A stretch of 64,000 bases of DNA from an uncultured delta proteobacterium (GTDB lineage Bacteria; Desulfobacterota; RBG-13-43-22), in NCBI GenBank assembly GCA_963711835.1, contig CAVQFQ010000025.1:49442-113441 (forward strand), read 5' to 3'. The translations under genes and the position numbers were made by a program. The notes below the pieces were generated by a model. That model had not been told where the DNA came from and made no database searches. It saw only the letters and a program-made list of their open reading frames with translations. Position 1 is the stretch's first letter; each line of letters starts with the position of its first letter. Shown in pieces: positions 40,403 to 52,294 of the stretch.

Positions 40403-40870
40403 ATGGTTACACTTAAGATCAACGGGAAGAAATACCAGGTAGAAGTCCCTCCGGATACCCCCCTGCTCTGGGTCATCCGGGAGGAGTTAAAGCTGACCGG
40501 GACCAAGTTTGGCTGCGGCATCGGGGAGTGTGGGTCCTGTACGGTCCACCTGGATGGCCAAGCCGTCCGGTCCTGCCAGGTGCCTGTAGAAAAGGCCCAG
40601 GGCAAGGCCATTACCACCATAGAAGGGCTTCCGGAAAACCACCCGGTAAAGAAGGCCTGGATCGAGGAGGAGGTCCCCCAATGCGGCTACTGCCAGCCAG
40701 GTCAAATCATGCAGGCGGTCGCCTTCCTGGCCAAAAATCCCAATCCCAAGGAGGAGGCCATAGTCAAGGCCATGGAAGACATCCTCTGCCGCTGCGGCAC
40801 TTATCCCCGTATAAAAAAGGCCGTTAAAACAGCGGCCGATCTGATGAGAAAGGAGGGCAAGATATCATGA
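40403..40870 (+). CDS. (2Fe-2S)-binding small subunit, IorA-like
   Basis: [10 protein letters not shown] and QCGYCQPG...CRCG; ATG after AAGGAGG. Confidence 0.9.
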   Translation: MVTLKINGKKYQVEVPPDTPLLWVIREELKLTGTKFGCGIGECGSCTVHLDGQAVRSCQVPVEKAQGKAITTIEGLPENHPVKKAWIEEEVPQCGYCQPGQIMQAVAFLAKNPNPKEEAIVKAMEDILCRCGTYPRIKKAVKTAADLMRKEGKIS

Positions 40871-43041
40871 GGACCTCACTTTCACGTCGTAGTTTTTTGG
40901 AGGGATCCCTGGGCGGCCTCAGTCTCATAGTGGCGGTCTTAATGACTCCGCGCGGATTCCGACTGGTCCAAGCCGGAGAGCTGAAAAAAAATAGTTCTCA
41001 AAATATCCGGCTTGGAAGCTGGATTGAAATAACCCCGGATAACCGCATTGTCATAATCGTCTCCCAATCGGAGATGGGGCAAGGGGTCTATACCTCCATG
41101 CCTATGATTGTAGCCGATGAATTGGAAGCGGACTGGAAGCAGGTTCGCTCTCATCCCGCCCCAGCCCGGGACGAGTATAAGAATCCTATTTTCAAGATGC
41201 AGCTTACCGGTGGAAGCACCAGCGTTAGACACCGGTTGGAACAGTTGCGCAAAGCCGGGGCAGCGGCCCGGGAGATGCTTCTGATGGCTGCGGCCGAGAC
41301 CTGGAAAACGGCCAGAGAGGAGTGTGAGGCCTTCCAGGGAACAATACGGCATAAGGCCAGCGGCCGAAGCCTGACCTTCGGGCAACTGGTCAAAAAGGCC
41401 GCCACCCTTCCGGTTCCGCAAGATCCACCCTTGAAAAAGGAGAACCAGTTCCGGTTGATTGGACAGCCCTTGCCCCGTTTGGACACCCCGGTCAAGGTCC
41501 AGGGATTGGCCCGTTTTGGCCTGGATGTCCAAATGCCGGACCTGCTCTATGCGGTCGTAGCCAGGCCGCCGGTTTATGGGGCCAAGGTTGTTTCCTTCAA
41601 TCAAAAAGTTCCCCAAAAAGTTCCGGGAGTGACCCGGATCGTAACGATTAATCGGGGGATCGCGGTTTGTGCAAAGACTCCTTGGCAGGCCTGGAGGGGT
41701 CGGGAGGCCCTGAACCTCAAGTGGGGTGATGGATCCCATCCAAAGTTGGATACCGGAGCTGTGGAGAAGATTTTTTTGGAATCTTTGGCTAAGGCCGGCA
41801 TAAATGCAAAAAATAAAGGAGATGCCAAAAAAGTCCTGGACCAGGCCGCTAAAAAAGCCGAGGCTGTTTATCAACTGCCCTACCTGGCCCATACTACCAT
41901 GGAACCTATGAATTGTACGGCCCATGTCCAAAAGGAACGCTGTGATATCTGGGTCCCAACCCAGTTCCAAACGGCGGCTCAACAAATGGGCGCCAAACTG
42001 ACCGGTCTGAAACCGGACCGTGTTTTCGTTCATACGACCTTTCTCGGAGGCGGGTTCGGGCGGCGGTCCGAAGTCGATGTGGTGGAGGAAGCGGTTCAAA
42101 TTTCACACCAGGTTAAGAAACCGATCAAGGTCATCTGGACCCGGGAGGAGGATATTCAATATGATTTTTACCGCCCCGGGAATTGCTGCCTGATAACTGC
42201 CGGCCTTGATGAAGCAGGGCGATTGCTGGCCTGGTCCCATAAGGTCGTGACCCCTTCGATCTTCACCCGGGTTTTCCCTTCCATGATGAAAAATGGGATT
42301 GACCCGGCGGCCGTGGAAGGGATCGAAGACACCCCTTATGAAATCCCGAATCTTAACGTGGAGTACACCGAGGTTGATTTGCCGATACCGGTTGGATTTT
42401 GGCGCTCCGTGGGTAATTCTCATAATGCCTTTACTATGGAGTGTTTTATGGATGAAATGGCTCATCTGGCTCAGAGGGATCCTTTGGAATTTCGATTGGG
42501 CCTTCTTAAAAGTCATAAGAGAGCGGCCAGGGTCCTGGAAGTGGCGGCCGAAAAGGCCGGTTGGGGGAAACCATTAACCAGAGGGCAGGGCCGAGGGATA
42601 GCCCAGCACCATTCTTTTGGCAGCTATGTGGCCCAGGTGGCCGAGATCTCTTTAGACAAAAAAGAAGGGGCCATCCAGGTTCATAGGGTTGTCTGCGTCC
42701 TGGATTGCGGCCTGGTGGTAAATCCGAATACGGTCATGGCCCAAATGGAAGGGGCGATCATAATGGGCTTGAGCGCCGCCTTAAAGGAGAAGGTCGAATT
42801 TATCAAAGGGGGTGTTAAAACGGCAAATTTTGATGAATACCCCCTGATCCGAATGAAAGAGATTCCTGAAATCGAGGTCCACATTATTAAAAGCAACGAT
42901 CCGCCGGGCGGTATCGGCGAACCGGGCCTGCCCCCCATCGCCCCGGCCGTAGCAAATGCCCTTTTTGCTGCAGCCGGAATTCGCCTCCGGCGGTTGCCAA
43001 TGAGTGCCGGGGCAATTTTGGAGGCTTTGGATAATAAATAG
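40867..43041 (+). CDS. xanthine-oxidase-family molybdopterin subunit, IorB-like
   Basis: SRRSFL Tat-like motif, SEMGQG, GGSTS, GGGFGRR, WRSVG, GIGEP. Confidence 0.88.
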   Translation: MRTSLSRRSFLEGSLGGLSLIVAVLMTPRGFRLVQAGELKKNSSQNIRLGSWIEITPDNRIVIIVSQSEMGQGVYTSMPMIVADELEADWKQVRSHPAPARDEYKNPIFKMQLTGGSTSVRHRLEQLRKAGAAAREMLLMAAAETWKTAREECEAFQGTIRHKASGRSLTFGQLVKKAATLPVPQDPPLKKENQFRLIGQPLPRLDTPVKVQGLARFGLDVQMPDLLYAVVARPPVYGAKVVSFNQKVPQKVPGVTRIVTINRGIAVCAKTPWQAWRGREALNLKWGDGSHPKLDTGAVEKIFLESLAKAGINAKNKGDAKKVLDQAAKKAEAVYQLPYLAHTTMEPMNCTAHVQKERCDIWVPTQFQTAAQQMGAKLTGLKPDRVFVHTTFLGGGFGRRSEVDVVEEAVQISHQVKKPIKVIWTREEDIQYDFYRPGNCCLITAGLDEAGRLLAWSHKVVTPSIFTRVFPSMMKNGIDPAAVEGIEDTPYEIPNLNVEYTEVDLPIPVGFWRSVGNSHNAFTMECFMDEMAHLAQRDPLEFRLGLLKSHKRAARVLEVAAEKAGWGKPLTRGQGRGIAQHHSFGSYVAQVAEISLDKKEGAIQVHRVVCVLDCGLVVNPNTVMAQMEGAIIMGLSAALKEKVEFIKGGVKTANFDEYPLIRMKEIPEIEVHIIKSNDPPGGIGEPGLPPIAPAVANALFAAAGIRLRRLPMSAGAILEALDNK

Positions 43042-43202
43042 GAGTTTGCCCCTGTTTCCCTTTGCCTTACCGGTTGCTAATCAGAATTTGATAGTGTAAA
43101 AAGGAAACAAGTAATAAAAAGAGACTTTTTATATTAAAGGACTGGGGTCCCCAAACCTAAGATGTGTCGAAATAATTTTGCTGAAGTGGGAGAAGAGCTG
43201 GC

Positions 43203-44732
43203 ATGGCCACGGAATTATTGATAAATGCCCGTTCCTATGAAACCCGGGTGGCCGTTATTGAAAATAATATTTTGGCCGAACTCCATGTGGAAAGGCCGAA
43301 CAGGCACAGCCTGGCCGGCAATATCTATAAAGGGCAGGTGGTCAGGGTCCTGCCGGGGATGCAGGCGGCTTTTGTGGATATCGGTCTAGAACGAGCGGCT
43401 TTTCTGTATGTCAGTGATGTAACTGATAATTTTGAGGAATTCGAAGCCATGATGAAGGAGGAGGAAGAGGAACGGGAGGGCCTTGTTGAGATAGAGGGGG
43501 ATGCGGAGGAAAAGCCCCTGGCAGGGCAGCCTTATTTCAATATTGAAGATCTGTTATCCGAAGGACAGGAACTCCTGGTTCAGGTGGCCCGGGAACCCAT
43601 AGGGTCCAAAGGGGCCAGGATCACCACCCACATTTCCTTGCCCGGACGTCATCTGGTTCTTATGCCGACCATGGATCATATCGGGGTTTCCCGCCGGATT
43701 GAGGATGAAAACGAGCGGAAAAAGCAGCGGGATCTGCTGGCCAACCTCAAACCAAGCGGTTTCGGGTTGATTGCCAGAACCGCCAGCGAAGGGGTCCCCA
43801 AAGACAAGATCAAAACCGAGATGGATTTTTTGATTAAGCTCTGGAACAATATCCAGCAAAAAATGAACCGGGCACCCTTACCCAGCCTGATCCACGAAGA
43901 TTTGAATATTACCCTCCGGGCGGTCCGGGACCTTTTTACCAAGGAGGTGGACCGGTTGGTGATCGACTCCCGCTCCGAATACGAGCAGATCCTGACCTTT
44001 ATTGATACCTTCATGCCCAAACTGAAACAGTTGGTTCATTTCTATGAGGAGAAAGAACCCCTTTTCGATGCCTATGGGATCGAAGTGGAGGTGGGCCGGG
44101 CTTTAGGGAAAAAGGTCTGGCTGAAATCGGGAGGCTATATCGTCATTGAAACGACCGAAGCCCTGACCTCGATTGATATCAATACCGGCCGCTACGTGGG
44201 GAAAAGAAACCTGGAAGAGACCATCCTGAAAACGAACCTGGAGGCGGTCAAGGAGATTGCCTACCAGTTGCGGCTCCGAAATATCGGAGGGCTGGTGGTG
44301 ATCGATTTTATTGATATGGAAAAAAAGGGGGACCGGGAAAAGGTCTTTAACGCCCTGAAGGAGGCCTTAAAAAGAGACAAGAGCAAAACCAATGTCCTGA
44401 AAATGTCGGAACTCGGTCTGATCGAAATGACTCGTAAAAGGACCCGGGAAAACCTGAACCGGCTTTTTCGGGAACCCTGCTTTTATTGTGAAGGAGAAGG
44501 CTGGCTGAAATCCAAGAATTCCATCTGTTATCAAATTTTCAGGCAGATCGAGCGGGAAGTCTGGGAGATCCCGGCGGATAACCTGATCTTACAGGTCCAC
44601 CCCGATATCGCCGGCCTGCTTCTGGATGAGGAGCAGACGGCCATGGAGGAGCTGGAACAACGGATCGGGAAGAGGATTTCGGTCGAATCCAAGGAAGCGA
44701 TGCACTTGGAGCAGTTTAAAATTTATAGTTGA
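43203..44732 (+). CDS. rng: ribonuclease G/E family
   Basis: GNIYKG..VRVLPGMQAAFVDIG, IDINTG, IDFIDM. Confidence 0.92.
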   Translation: MATELLINARSYETRVAVIENNILAELHVERPNRHSLAGNIYKGQVVRVLPGMQAAFVDIGLERAAFLYVSDVTDNFEEFEAMMKEEEEEREGLVEIEGDAEEKPLAGQPYFNIEDLLSEGQELLVQVAREPIGSKGARITTHISLPGRHLVLMPTMDHIGVSRRIEDENERKKQRDLLANLKPSGFGLIARTASEGVPKDKIKTEMDFLIKLWNNIQQKMNRAPLPSLIHEDLNITLRAVRDLFTKEVDRLVIDSRSEYEQILTFIDTFMPKLKQLVHFYEEKEPLFDAYGIEVEVGRALGKKVWLKSGGYIVIETTEALTSIDINTGRYVGKRNLEETILKTNLEAVKEIAYQLRLRNIGGLVVIDFIDMEKKGDREKVFNALKEALKRDKSKTNVLKMSELGLIEMTRKRTRENLNRLFREPCFYCEGEGWLKSKNSICYQIFRQIEREVWEIPADNLILQVHPDIAGLLLDEEQTAMEELEQRIGKRISVESKEAMHLEQFKIYS

Positions 44733-44788
44733 CAAAAATTAAAAATCTGCTTAAATAAAAATTTTAATTTTTTTGAGAGGGTATAACC

Positions 44789-45103
44789 ATGTATGCCATT
44801 ATTCAAACCGGGGGGAAACAGTATCAGGTCGCCCCGGGAGATGTGATCCAGGTGGAATCCCTGGAAGGGGCCAAGGGGGATGCCGTAACCCTGCCCCAGG
44901 TCCTGTTCGTCGCCCGGGAGCAGGACATCCAGGTGGGACGGCCTTACCTGGAAGGGATTTCGGTCCTGGGAGAGATTCTTCATCAGGGCCGTCACCGAAA
45001 GATATTGATTTTTAAGCATAAAAGGAGAAAGGGGTACCGTAAGCTGGTCGGTCATCGGCAGCCCTTTACCTCCCTGAAAATAAAAGAAATTCAAGGTCTG
45101 TAA
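44789..45103 (+). CDS. rplU: 50S ribosomal protein L21
   Basis: [12 protein letters not shown]...GHRQPFT. Confidence 0.97.
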   Translation: MYAIIQTGGKQYQVAPGDVIQVESLEGAKGDAVTLPQVLFVAREQDIQVGRPYLEGISVLGEILHQGRHRKILIFKHKRRKGYRKLVGHRQPFTSLKIKEIQGL

Positions 45104-45114
45104 GGAGTTCAGTC

Positions 45115-45363
45115 ATGGCACATAAAAAAGCCGGTGGAAGTTCCAGAAACGGCCGGGATAGCGCCGGGCAGCGTTTTGGAGTGAAACGGTTTGCCGGTCA
45201 GATTGTCAAGGCCGGCAACATTCTGGTGCGGCAAATAGGGACCCGATTCCATCCCGGCGAAAATGTCGGATTGGGAAAGGACTACACCCTTTTTGCCAAA
45301 AAAGACGGGGTAGTGGCCTTCGAACGTTGGGGAAAAGACCGAAAAAGGGTCAGCGTGCATTAA
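45115..45363 (+). CDS. rpmA: 50S ribosomal protein L27
   Basis: [16 protein letters not shown]. Confidence 0.98.
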   Translation: MAHKKAGGSSRNGRDSAGQRFGVKRFAGQIVKAGNILVRQIGTRFHPGENVGLGKDYTLFAKKDGVVAFERWGKDRKRVSVH

Positions 45364-45474
45364 ACGCTTTTTTCGGGTTATCTGCTGAGATTCCCAACTC
45401 CGAGTGCCCCTAATCATCCAACTCTCGATCCCACCCTCCCCCTCACGGCCTGGGGAGGTTCTTTCCAGCCCCTA

Positions 45475-46521
45475 TTGAAATTTATTGATGAAGCCAAAAT
45501 CGTCGCGCGTTCCGGAGACGGAGGCAACGGTTGCCTCAGTTTCCGCCGGGAGGCCTTCAGGCCGCACGGCGGGCCGGATGGGGGCGACGGGGGCAAGGGT
45601 GGGGATGTCCTTATAACCGCCTCGGCCAAGATCCATTCGCTTTTAGATTTCCACTACCAGAGGCTTTTTAAGGCCTCCAAGGGGGCCCATGGCCAGGGCA
45701 ATGACCGCCATGGTAAGAACGGACTGGATGTGCGCCTGCTGGTACCCCGGGGCACCCTCATCCGGGAGGTGGAAACCGGCCTGATTATGGGCGACCTGAT
45801 TGAAGACGGCCAAACCATCGTGGCGGCTAGGGGAGGAAGAGGAGGGAAGGGGAACAGGCATTTTGCCACCTCCACCCACCGTACTCCGCGATTCGCTCAG
45901 AAAGGTGAGCCCGGGGTGGAGCTGACCTTGCATCTGGAGTTGAAACTCTTGGCCCAGGTAGGGCTCATCGGCCTCCCCAATGCCGGCAAATCCACCCTTC
46001 TTTCCAGACTTTCAGCCGCCAGACCTAAAATCTCCGACTATCCTTTCACCACCTTAAGCCCCAACCTGGGGGTCATCGAGGATCAACAAGGTCGCCGCCT
46101 GACCCTGGCCGACATTCCGGGGATTATCGCAGGCGCCAGCGCCGGAGCCGGTTTGGGAATAAAATTCCTTCGCCACATTGAGAGGACCCAACTTTTGGTT
46201 TTTTTGATCGATGGGTCTCTGGAAGGGGAAGGTCCGAGAGAGTCTTTCCAGACCTTATGGGAAGAAATGAAGGCCTTTAACCCCAAGCTGGTGGATAAGC
46301 CGGGCTTGATTGGGGTCAATAAAATGGATCTGCCTGGTTCTCAGATCAAATATGGGAAGACCAAAGCGGCCTTAAAACCTTTTGGATTGCCTATAATACC
46401 CCTGTCAGCCAAGACCGGCCAGGGGTTGCCTCTTTTGATCGAGCACCTTTTCTTAAAAATTGGGTCAGGAGACTATGGAGATTCGAACGGGCTCAACCGA
46501 TCTGAGGAAAAGCGTACTTAA
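45475..46521 (+). CDS. obgE: GTPase ObgE
   Basis: FIDEA, GGPDGGDGG, GLPNAGKST, YPFTT, DIPG, NKMD. Confidence 0.95.
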   Translation: MKFIDEAKIVARSGDGGNGCLSFRREAFRPHGGPDGGDGGKGGDVLITASAKIHSLLDFHYQRLFKASKGAHGQGNDRHGKNGLDVRLLVPRGTLIREVETGLIMGDLIEDGQTIVAARGGRGGKGNRHFATSTHRTPRFAQKGEPGVELTLHLELKLLAQVGLIGLPNAGKSTLLSRLSAARPKISDYPFTTLSPNLGVIEDQQGRRLTLADIPGIIAGASAGAGLGIKFLRHIERTQLLVFLIDGSLEGEGPRESFQTLWEEMKAFNPKLVDKPGLIGVNKMDLPGSQIKYGKTKAALKPFGLPIIPLSAKTGQGLPLLIEHLFLKIGSGDYGDSNGLNRSEEKRT

Positions 46522-47629
46522 GGATGTCAAAAGGATCGTCGTTAAAATCGGCAGTGCCGTCCTGACCGAAAACGGGGTATTGCATCAACCCACCATCGCT
46601 CGACTGGCCGATGAGGTCGCTTTTTTAAAGAAGAAAGGCTTTCAGGTGGCGCTGGTATCGTCGGGAGCGATAGCCTCGGGCGTAGGTAAAATGGGATTGG
46701 CCCGAAAACCGGAGACCATTCCTCAAAAACAGGCCGTGGCCGCCGTCGGCCAGGGCAGTCTGATCAAGGCCTATGAGGAGGCTTTTGAACATTACCGGCT
46801 TCTGGTAGCCCAGATCCTCCTGACCCGGGAAGATTTAACCCATCGGCAGCGTTATCTGAATGCCCGCAATACCCTTTTAACCCTCCTGGATTGGGGCATC
46901 ATTCCCATTATCAATGAAAATGATACCGTGGCGGTCGAAGAAATCAAATTCGGCGACAATGACAATTTATCGGCCTTGATTACCCACTTGATTGATGGGG
47001 ATTTATTGATCGCTTTGACCGACACCGAAGGACTCTATGACCGGGATCCCCGGGAGGATCCCCAGGCCCGACTCATACCGATCGTTGAAAGGATAGACCG
47101 GCAGGTCGAAGGATACACCTCCAAGGATTCGGGGCGTTGGGGATCGGGGGGGATGCGCTCTAAGATCGCGGCAGCCAGAAAGGTTACGGCCGGCGGAATC
47201 CCGGTCATCGTGGCCAATGGCCGCAAGATGGGGATATTAAAGGACTTGATGAAAGGAAAGGCCTTGGGAACGCTTTTTTCTCCTCAGGTTCCCCAATTGA
47301 GCCGGAAAAAACATTGGATCGCCTATACCCTTAAACCCAAAGGGGAAATCACGGTCGATGAAGGGGCCATGGCCGCTCTGGTGGAAAAAGGGAAAAGTTT
47401 ATTGCCTTCAGGGGTGACGGGAGTACGGGGACGATTTGGAATTGGGGCCTGCGTCCGGCTTCTGGATCCGGGGGGGCTGATAGTCGGAAAAGGACTGGTC
47501 AACTACTCTTCTTCCGATATCGCCAAAATCCAAGGGATAAAGACTTCGGATATTGAAAATCGCTTGGGGACTAAACATTCCGATGAAGTGGTTCACCGGA
47601 ACAATATGGTGATTCTGAAGGAGGCTTAA
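46475..47629 (+). CDS. proB: glutamate 5-kinase
   Basis: VVKIGS, VSSGA, NENDTV, FGDND, PUA domain. Confidence 0.95.
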   Translation: MEIRTGSTDLRKSVLKDVKRIVVKIGSAVLTENGVLHQPTIARLADEVAFLKKKGFQVALVSSGAIASGVGKMGLARKPETIPQKQAVAAVGQGSLIKAYEEAFEHYRLLVAQILLTREDLTHRQRYLNARNTLLTLLDWGIIPIINENDTVAVEEIKFGDNDNLSALITHLIDGDLLIALTDTEGLYDRDPREDPQARLIPIVERIDRQVEGYTSKDSGRWGSGGMRSKIAAARKVTAGGIPVIVANGRKMGILKDLMKGKALGTLFSPQVPQLSRKKHWIAYTLKPKGEITVDEGAMAALVEKGKSLLPSGVTGVRGRFGIGACVRLLDPGGLIVGKGLVNYSSSDIAKIQGIKTSDIENRLGTKHSDEVVHRNNMVILKEA

Positions 47630-47714
47630 GGTAAGGCCAAAGGCCCAAGGCAAAAGAACGGTTAAGGCGAACCGTTCTGAACCTGGCTCCCCTTTTATTT
47701 TAAGGAGATCGGTT

Positions 47715-48980
47715 ATGGACCTGAAAACAGAAATACGCCAGATGGCTAAAAAGGCCAAAGAGGCCGGCCCGGCTCTGACCCGGCTCAAGACAACCCAAAA
47801 AAACCGGGTCCTGGAGCAGACGGCCGACAGTCTCTTGAAACACTCCAGACTAATCATCCGGGAAAATCAAAAAGACCTGAAGTCGGCCCGGAAAGCCGGT
47901 CAGGGGGCCGCTTTCTTGGATCGCCTGAGCTTAAAAGAATCCACCTTGAAGGAAATGGCCCAGGGCCTTAGAGAAGTGGCTCAGTTGCCTGACCCGGTGG
48001 GCGAGGTGACCGGGATGTGGACCCGGCCCAACGGTCTTCAGGTGGGCCGGATGCGGATTCCTTTAGGCGTGATAGGTTTCATTTACGAGTCGCGCCCGAA
48101 TGTGACGGTGGATGCCGCCGCTCTTTGCCTGAAAGCCGGAAATGCGGTAATCCTGAAAGGGGGAAGCGAAGCTTTTTGTTCCAACCTGGTGTTGACCCGA
48201 CTCATGCAGGAATGCCTGGTCCGGGAAGGCCTGCCCCGGGCAGCCATCCAACTGATTCCGACCACCGATCGTGAGGCCATTGTCGAACTTTTGAAATTAG
48301 AGGAGTTCATCGACTTGGTCATCCCCCGGGGTGGAGAAGAGTTGATCCGCATGGTCACGGCCCAGGCCCGGATGCCGGTCCTGAAGCACTATAAAGGCGT
48401 TTGCCATATCTTTGTGGATGAAGGGGCTGATATTGCTCAGGCCCAGGTTATCTGCCTGAATGCCAAGGTCCAGCGACCCGGGGTCTGCAATGCCATGGAA
48501 ACCCTTTTGGTCCATCAATCCATAGCTAAAACCTTTTTACCGGCCATGGTTAGATTGTTCCGCAAAGAAAAAGTCGAAATTCGCGGCTGTCCTCAAACCT
48601 TAAAGATTATCGGGACCGGCAAGGCTATCCGACCGGCCGCCGAGGAGGACTGGTTTGCGGAATACCTGGACCTTATTCTGTCGGTCCGGGTGGTGGCCGG
48701 GATTAAGGAAGCCATGGCCCATATTCATAAATACGGTTCCCGGCATACCGAAGCCATTCTTACCCGGGATTACGACCGCGCCCGTGAATTCCTGAATTCC
48801 GTGGATTCGTCGGTGGTCCTGGTAAATGCCTCGACTCGTTTTAATGACGGCCATCAGTTGGGATTAGGGGCGGAAATAGGGATCAGCACTTCCAAATTGC
48901 ATGCCTTTGGTCCGATGGGTTTGACCGAACTGACGACCACCAAATTTATCGTGTTTGGCCAGGGCCAGATCCGCAACTGA
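47715..48980 (+). CDS. proA: gamma-glutamyl phosphate reductase
   Basis: [31 protein letters not shown]. Confidence 0.95.
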   Translation: MDLKTEIRQMAKKAKEAGPALTRLKTTQKNRVLEQTADSLLKHSRLIIRENQKDLKSARKAGQGAAFLDRLSLKESTLKEMAQGLREVAQLPDPVGEVTGMWTRPNGLQVGRMRIPLGVIGFIYESRPNVTVDAAALCLKAGNAVILKGGSEAFCSNLVLTRLMQECLVREGLPRAAIQLIPTTDREAIVELLKLEEFIDLVIPRGGEELIRMVTAQARMPVLKHYKGVCHIFVDEGADIAQAQVICLNAKVQRPGVCNAMETLLVHQSIAKTFLPAMVRLFRKEKVEIRGCPQTLKIIGTGKAIRPAAEEDWFAEYLDLILSVRVVAGIKEAMAHIHKYGSRHTEAILTRDYDRAREFLNSVDSSVVLVNASTRFNDGHQLGLGAEIGISTSKLHAFGPMGLTELTTTKFIVFGQGQIRN

Positions 48981-49044
48981 TTTTACACAGAGGGGATTGA
49001 AAGGTTAAGAGGTAACCTATTTGGTTCATTTTCCAAAAGTCTTG

Positions 49045-49148
49045 TTGGAGGCGGGAGGTTTGAGGCCGGAGGCCAGAACCAAAAAGCCTCCAACCTCCAA
49101 CCTCCAACCGGATGCTGCCTTGCGCCTTGCACCTGAACCTTTACGCCT
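49045..49148. repeat. 7-bp-period short tandem repeats in inverted arrangement (GGAGG.. / CCTCCAA x3)
   Basis: gttggaggcgggaggtttgaggccggaggc...gcctccaacctccaacctccaacc...gccttgcgccttgcacctgaacct. Confidence 0.6.
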
Positions 49149-49788
49149 GGGTTTGTTCGGCGGCACCTTTAATCCCATTCATTTGGGACATCTGAGGGCG
49201 GCGATGGAAATTGAGGAAGCCTTTTCCTTAGACCGGATCCTTTTTATCCCGGCAGCCGTTCCACCTCACAAGACCCCTGAAAATGTACTTCCTTTCTCCC
49301 GGCGCTCTCGGATGGTCCGTCTGGCCATAGCCGGCCATCCCTCTTTCCGGGTCTCGGATGTGGAGCAAAGAAGAAAGGGGAAATCCTATTCCATCCGAAC
49401 CCTGCGCTATTTCCATAAGGTTTACGGGCGGAAGGTAGACCTGTTTTTTATCCTGGGCCTGGACGCTTTCGGGGAGATTAATACCTGGAAGGATTATCAG
49501 CAGTTATTTCCCTTAAGCCATTTTGTGGTCATGGACCGCCCCGGTTACCGCCGGAGTCATCTGAAGGAATTCCTCCGGCAGGAGATCTCTTCCGACTTTG
49601 TTTTCCTCCCCAAGGAGAGCCGGTTTCTCCATCCCAGCGGTCATTCGGTTTATTTTTTCTCCATCACCTTAATGGATATCTCCTCCACTCTGATCCGGAA
49701 TCTCAGGAAGCGGGGGCGGTCGATTCACTATCTTTTACCCCAGGCTGTGGAAGACTATATTTTGGGAAAAAAATTTTATGAAAACTAA
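49120..49788 (+). CDS. nadD: nicotinate-nucleotide adenylyltransferase; start uncertain
   Basis: GGTFNPIHLGH, PPHK, SYS, ISSTLIR. Confidence 0.9.
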   Translation: MRLAPEPLRLGLFGGTFNPIHLGHLRAAMEIEEAFSLDRILFIPAAVPPHKTPENVLPFSRRSRMVRLAIAGHPSFRVSDVEQRRKGKSYSIRTLRYFHKVYGRKVDLFFILGLDAFGEINTWKDYQQLFPLSHFVVMDRPGYRRSHLKEFLRQEISSDFVFLPKESRFLHPSGHSVYFFSITLMDISSTLIRNLRKRGRSIHYLLPQAVEDYILGKKFYEN

Positions 49789-50167
49789 GGCTTCGAAAAA
49801 TCGCCCAACTTTGGAAAAAGCCCTTCTGATTGCCCGGGCCGCACTCCAAAGAAAACCGCTGGATCCTCTGCTCCTGGAGGTCAAGGAGCAGTGCTCCTTT
49901 GCCGATTATTTTTTGATTCTCAGCGGGACGTCCACTCGCCAGACCCAGGCTCTGGCCGCTCATATTGAGGCGTCTATGGAGCAACAAGGGTTCCGGACCC
50001 TGGGGGTGGAGGGTCGGGAATTGGGCCATTGGATCTTACTGGACTATGGCGATGTGATTGCTCATATTTTTTTCGAGCCGGTGCGGCCTTTTTATGATTT
50101 GGAGGGATTGTGGCTGGATGCCCCCCGCCTTGATCCGGCGGCCGAATCCCTGACTTTGCCTAATTAA
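49778..50167 (+). CDS. rsfS: ribosome silencing factor
   Basis: ADYFLI.SG.S.RQ, WILLDYGDVIAHIF, YDLEGLW. Confidence 0.93.
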   Translation: MKTKASKNRPTLEKALLIARAALQRKPLDPLLLEVKEQCSFADYFLILSGTSTRQTQALAAHIEASMEQQGFRTLGVEGRELGHWILLDYGDVIAHIFFEPVRPFYDLEGLWLDAPRLDPAAESLTLPN

Positions 50168-50302
50168 GGCCTTCCTTCCATCCTTGGCCTTGATTTTTTT
50201 TAAAATGATCCCAGGATTTAACCTGGGACAGGTCAACATAGTCTTATTGATTGGTATCGTTCAAAAGTTGTGGCATTACTATTTCTGATACCCGTTGAAA
50301 GA

Positions 50303-50515
50303 GGACCGGGGGTCTTGATTTCAAGGTTGTCCACCATAAACTCCTCACTTTGAAACCGGGCTGGAAGGTTGACGATAATGCCTTAAGCAGGCCTTCACCA
50401 AAGCTGTTTGTCCGGTTGGGTGAATGCCCGGCTCTAAACCAACCTTAGAAATCTGGGCCGGATTGGCGGGAAGGATCACCCTTTGGACAAGCCTTGAAAT
50501 CAAGACCCCCGGTCC
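50303..50515. mobile_element. MITE-like element, family B, copy 1
   Basis: About 30-bp terminal inverted repeats GGACCGGGGGTCTTGATTTCAAGGTTGTCCA / TGGACAAGCCTTGAAATCAAGACCCCCGGTCC. Confidence 0.65.
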
Positions 50516-50608
50516 CCAGTTAGGCAATAATGCGCCAATGCCAAAACTTTTGAACGATACTTATTGATTAGGCGAGTTGAAAAAAGGATCCCGATAAGGG
50601 GGAAGACC

Positions 50609-52051
50609 TTGAGAACAATAAAAGCAGGCTCTTTTTTCAGGATTATAGCCCTTCCGGTCTTGTTGTTATCCTTCTTAATGGGCTATTCTTTCCTGGGGAC
50701 CCTCCAGGCCCTGACCATCGAGGAGGAACGGAATTTAGGGGATCAGGTGCTTAAGGAGGTTTCGGCCAAGTTTACCCTGATCCAGGATCCGGTGCTCTTA
50801 GGCTACCTGAACCGCCTTGGACAGGAGACCCTGAAACAGGCCGGTCCCCAGCCTTATCCTTTCCGGTTTTACTTACTAAAAGACTCTCAATTAAACGCCT
50901 TTTCCGTACCGGGGGGACATATTTTTCTTACCACCGGCATCATCGAGATCATGGACTCGGAGGCCGAACTGGCCGGTCTTCTCGGTCATGAAATTGCCCA
51001 TGTGACCAATCATCATATTTCCAGGAGAATGGAACAGGAGAAGAAAATCAATCTGGCTACGATGGCCATTGCCCTGGCCAGCGTTTTTGCCGGAGACCCC
51101 AGAATTGCCAGTGCCGCCATTACCGGCTCCATCGCAACCGCTATTTCCATGTCCCTGAAATACAGCCGGGAAGATGAAGATGAGGCCGACAACTTCGGTT
51201 TTAAATACATGGCCCGTGAGGGTTTCGATCCTAAAGGGATGGTCGACCTGCTGGATAAGATAAGACGTTGGGGGTCCTATGGTTCCGAAACCATCCCGGC
51301 CTATCTGCAGACCCATCCCATAACGGGCGATCGGATGTCTCAGATTGACCAACTGCGCCACCGGTATCTTGACCAAGGTCCCTGGTCGCGAACCAGTTCG
51401 GAAGATTTCCGACGCTTCCAGGTTATTATCCTGGCCAAATACGGGGATATTCAGAAGGCCCGCAACCGCTTCCAGGTCTGGGAAAAGGATTCTTCCTCCA
51501 ACCCCTGGTTTCATTTTGGCCTGGGCTGGTTGTATTTACGGGAAGGAAAATTTGATTCGGCCATCGAGGCTTTTGAAAAAACCCTGGCCCAACGACCCCG
51601 TGATCCTTATTTCCTTAGAGATTTGGGACAAGCCTATTTCTCCAAAGGTCAATACGATCTGGCCATACAAAAATTAGGGCAGGCTGCCTTAATCAATCCC
51701 CAGGAAGGGTCTATTGCCTTTTTGTTGGCCCGGGCCTATCAGGAAAAAGGCGAGGCGCAACTGGCCCTGGATAATTTCAATCGGGTATTTCAGCTTAACC
51801 CCCATGATGGGGAAACCCACTATTACTTAGGAATTGCCTATGGCAACCTAAAAGATCTGGGGCAGGCCCATTTCCATTTTGGGAAATCCTTCCAGATCAA
51901 AGGGGATACGGAAAAAGCCCTCTTTCATTTCAGACTGGCCTTAAAATACAGCGAACAGGATGAGAGAAAAAAGGAACTACTTGAAAGGGAGATAAAATCA
52001 TTGACCGGCAAGATTGAAAAAGCCCCGCCCGGTAAAGGTCCGAATTATTAA
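50609..52051 (+). CDS. M48 metalloprotease with TPR repeats (BepA-like)
   Basis: NAFSVPGG, HEIAH, YSREDEDEAD, THP, C-terminal TPRs. Confidence 0.88.
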   Translation: MRTIKAGSFFRIIALPVLLLSFLMGYSFLGTLQALTIEEERNLGDQVLKEVSAKFTLIQDPVLLGYLNRLGQETLKQAGPQPYPFRFYLLKDSQLNAFSVPGGHIFLTTGIIEIMDSEAELAGLLGHEIAHVTNHHISRRMEQEKKINLATMAIALASVFAGDPRIASAAITGSIATAISMSLKYSREDEDEADNFGFKYMAREGFDPKGMVDLLDKIRRWGSYGSETIPAYLQTHPITGDRMSQIDQLRHRYLDQGPWSRTSSEDFRRFQVIILAKYGDIQKARNRFQVWEKDSSSNPWFHFGLGWLYLREGKFDSAIEAFEKTLAQRPRDPYFLRDLGQAYFSKGQYDLAIQKLGQAALINPQEGSIAFLLARAYQEKGEAQLALDNFNRVFQLNPHDGETHYYLGIAYGNLKDLGQAHFHFGKSFQIKGDTEKALFHFRLALKYSEQDERKKELLEREIKSLTGKIEKAPPGKGPNY

Positions 52052-52077
52052 GGGTCTCAAAATAATAGTGACCAACA

Positions 52078-52294
52078 GGGACCGGGGGGTCTTTTTTTCT
52101 GGGTTGTCCACCTTCATAGCCCAAAGCTTCTTTGCCGGGCCAAATTTTGAATCTAATTCAGAGATAGGCCTACACTAATGCCCGAAACGGACTTGGGTGA
52201 ATGCCCTGCACCTAACCCACTTAGCCGTCCGGGCCGGGATAGGGCGATGAGTTACCCTTTGGACAACCCAGGAAAAGAAGACCCCCCCGGTCCC
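52078..52294. mobile_element. MITE-like element, family B, copy 2 (diverged)
   Basis: GGGACCGGGGGGTCTT...GGGTTGTCCA / TGGACAACCC...AAGACCCCCCCGGTCCC; shares internal TTGGGTGAATGCCC and ACCCTTTGGACAA with copy 1. Confidence 0.62.

Noticed and set aside
40939-42099. Long antisense ORFs (386 aa here; also 12892..13662 and 1822..2550)
   Set aside because: Shadow frames opposite well-supported genes, without recognisable motifs
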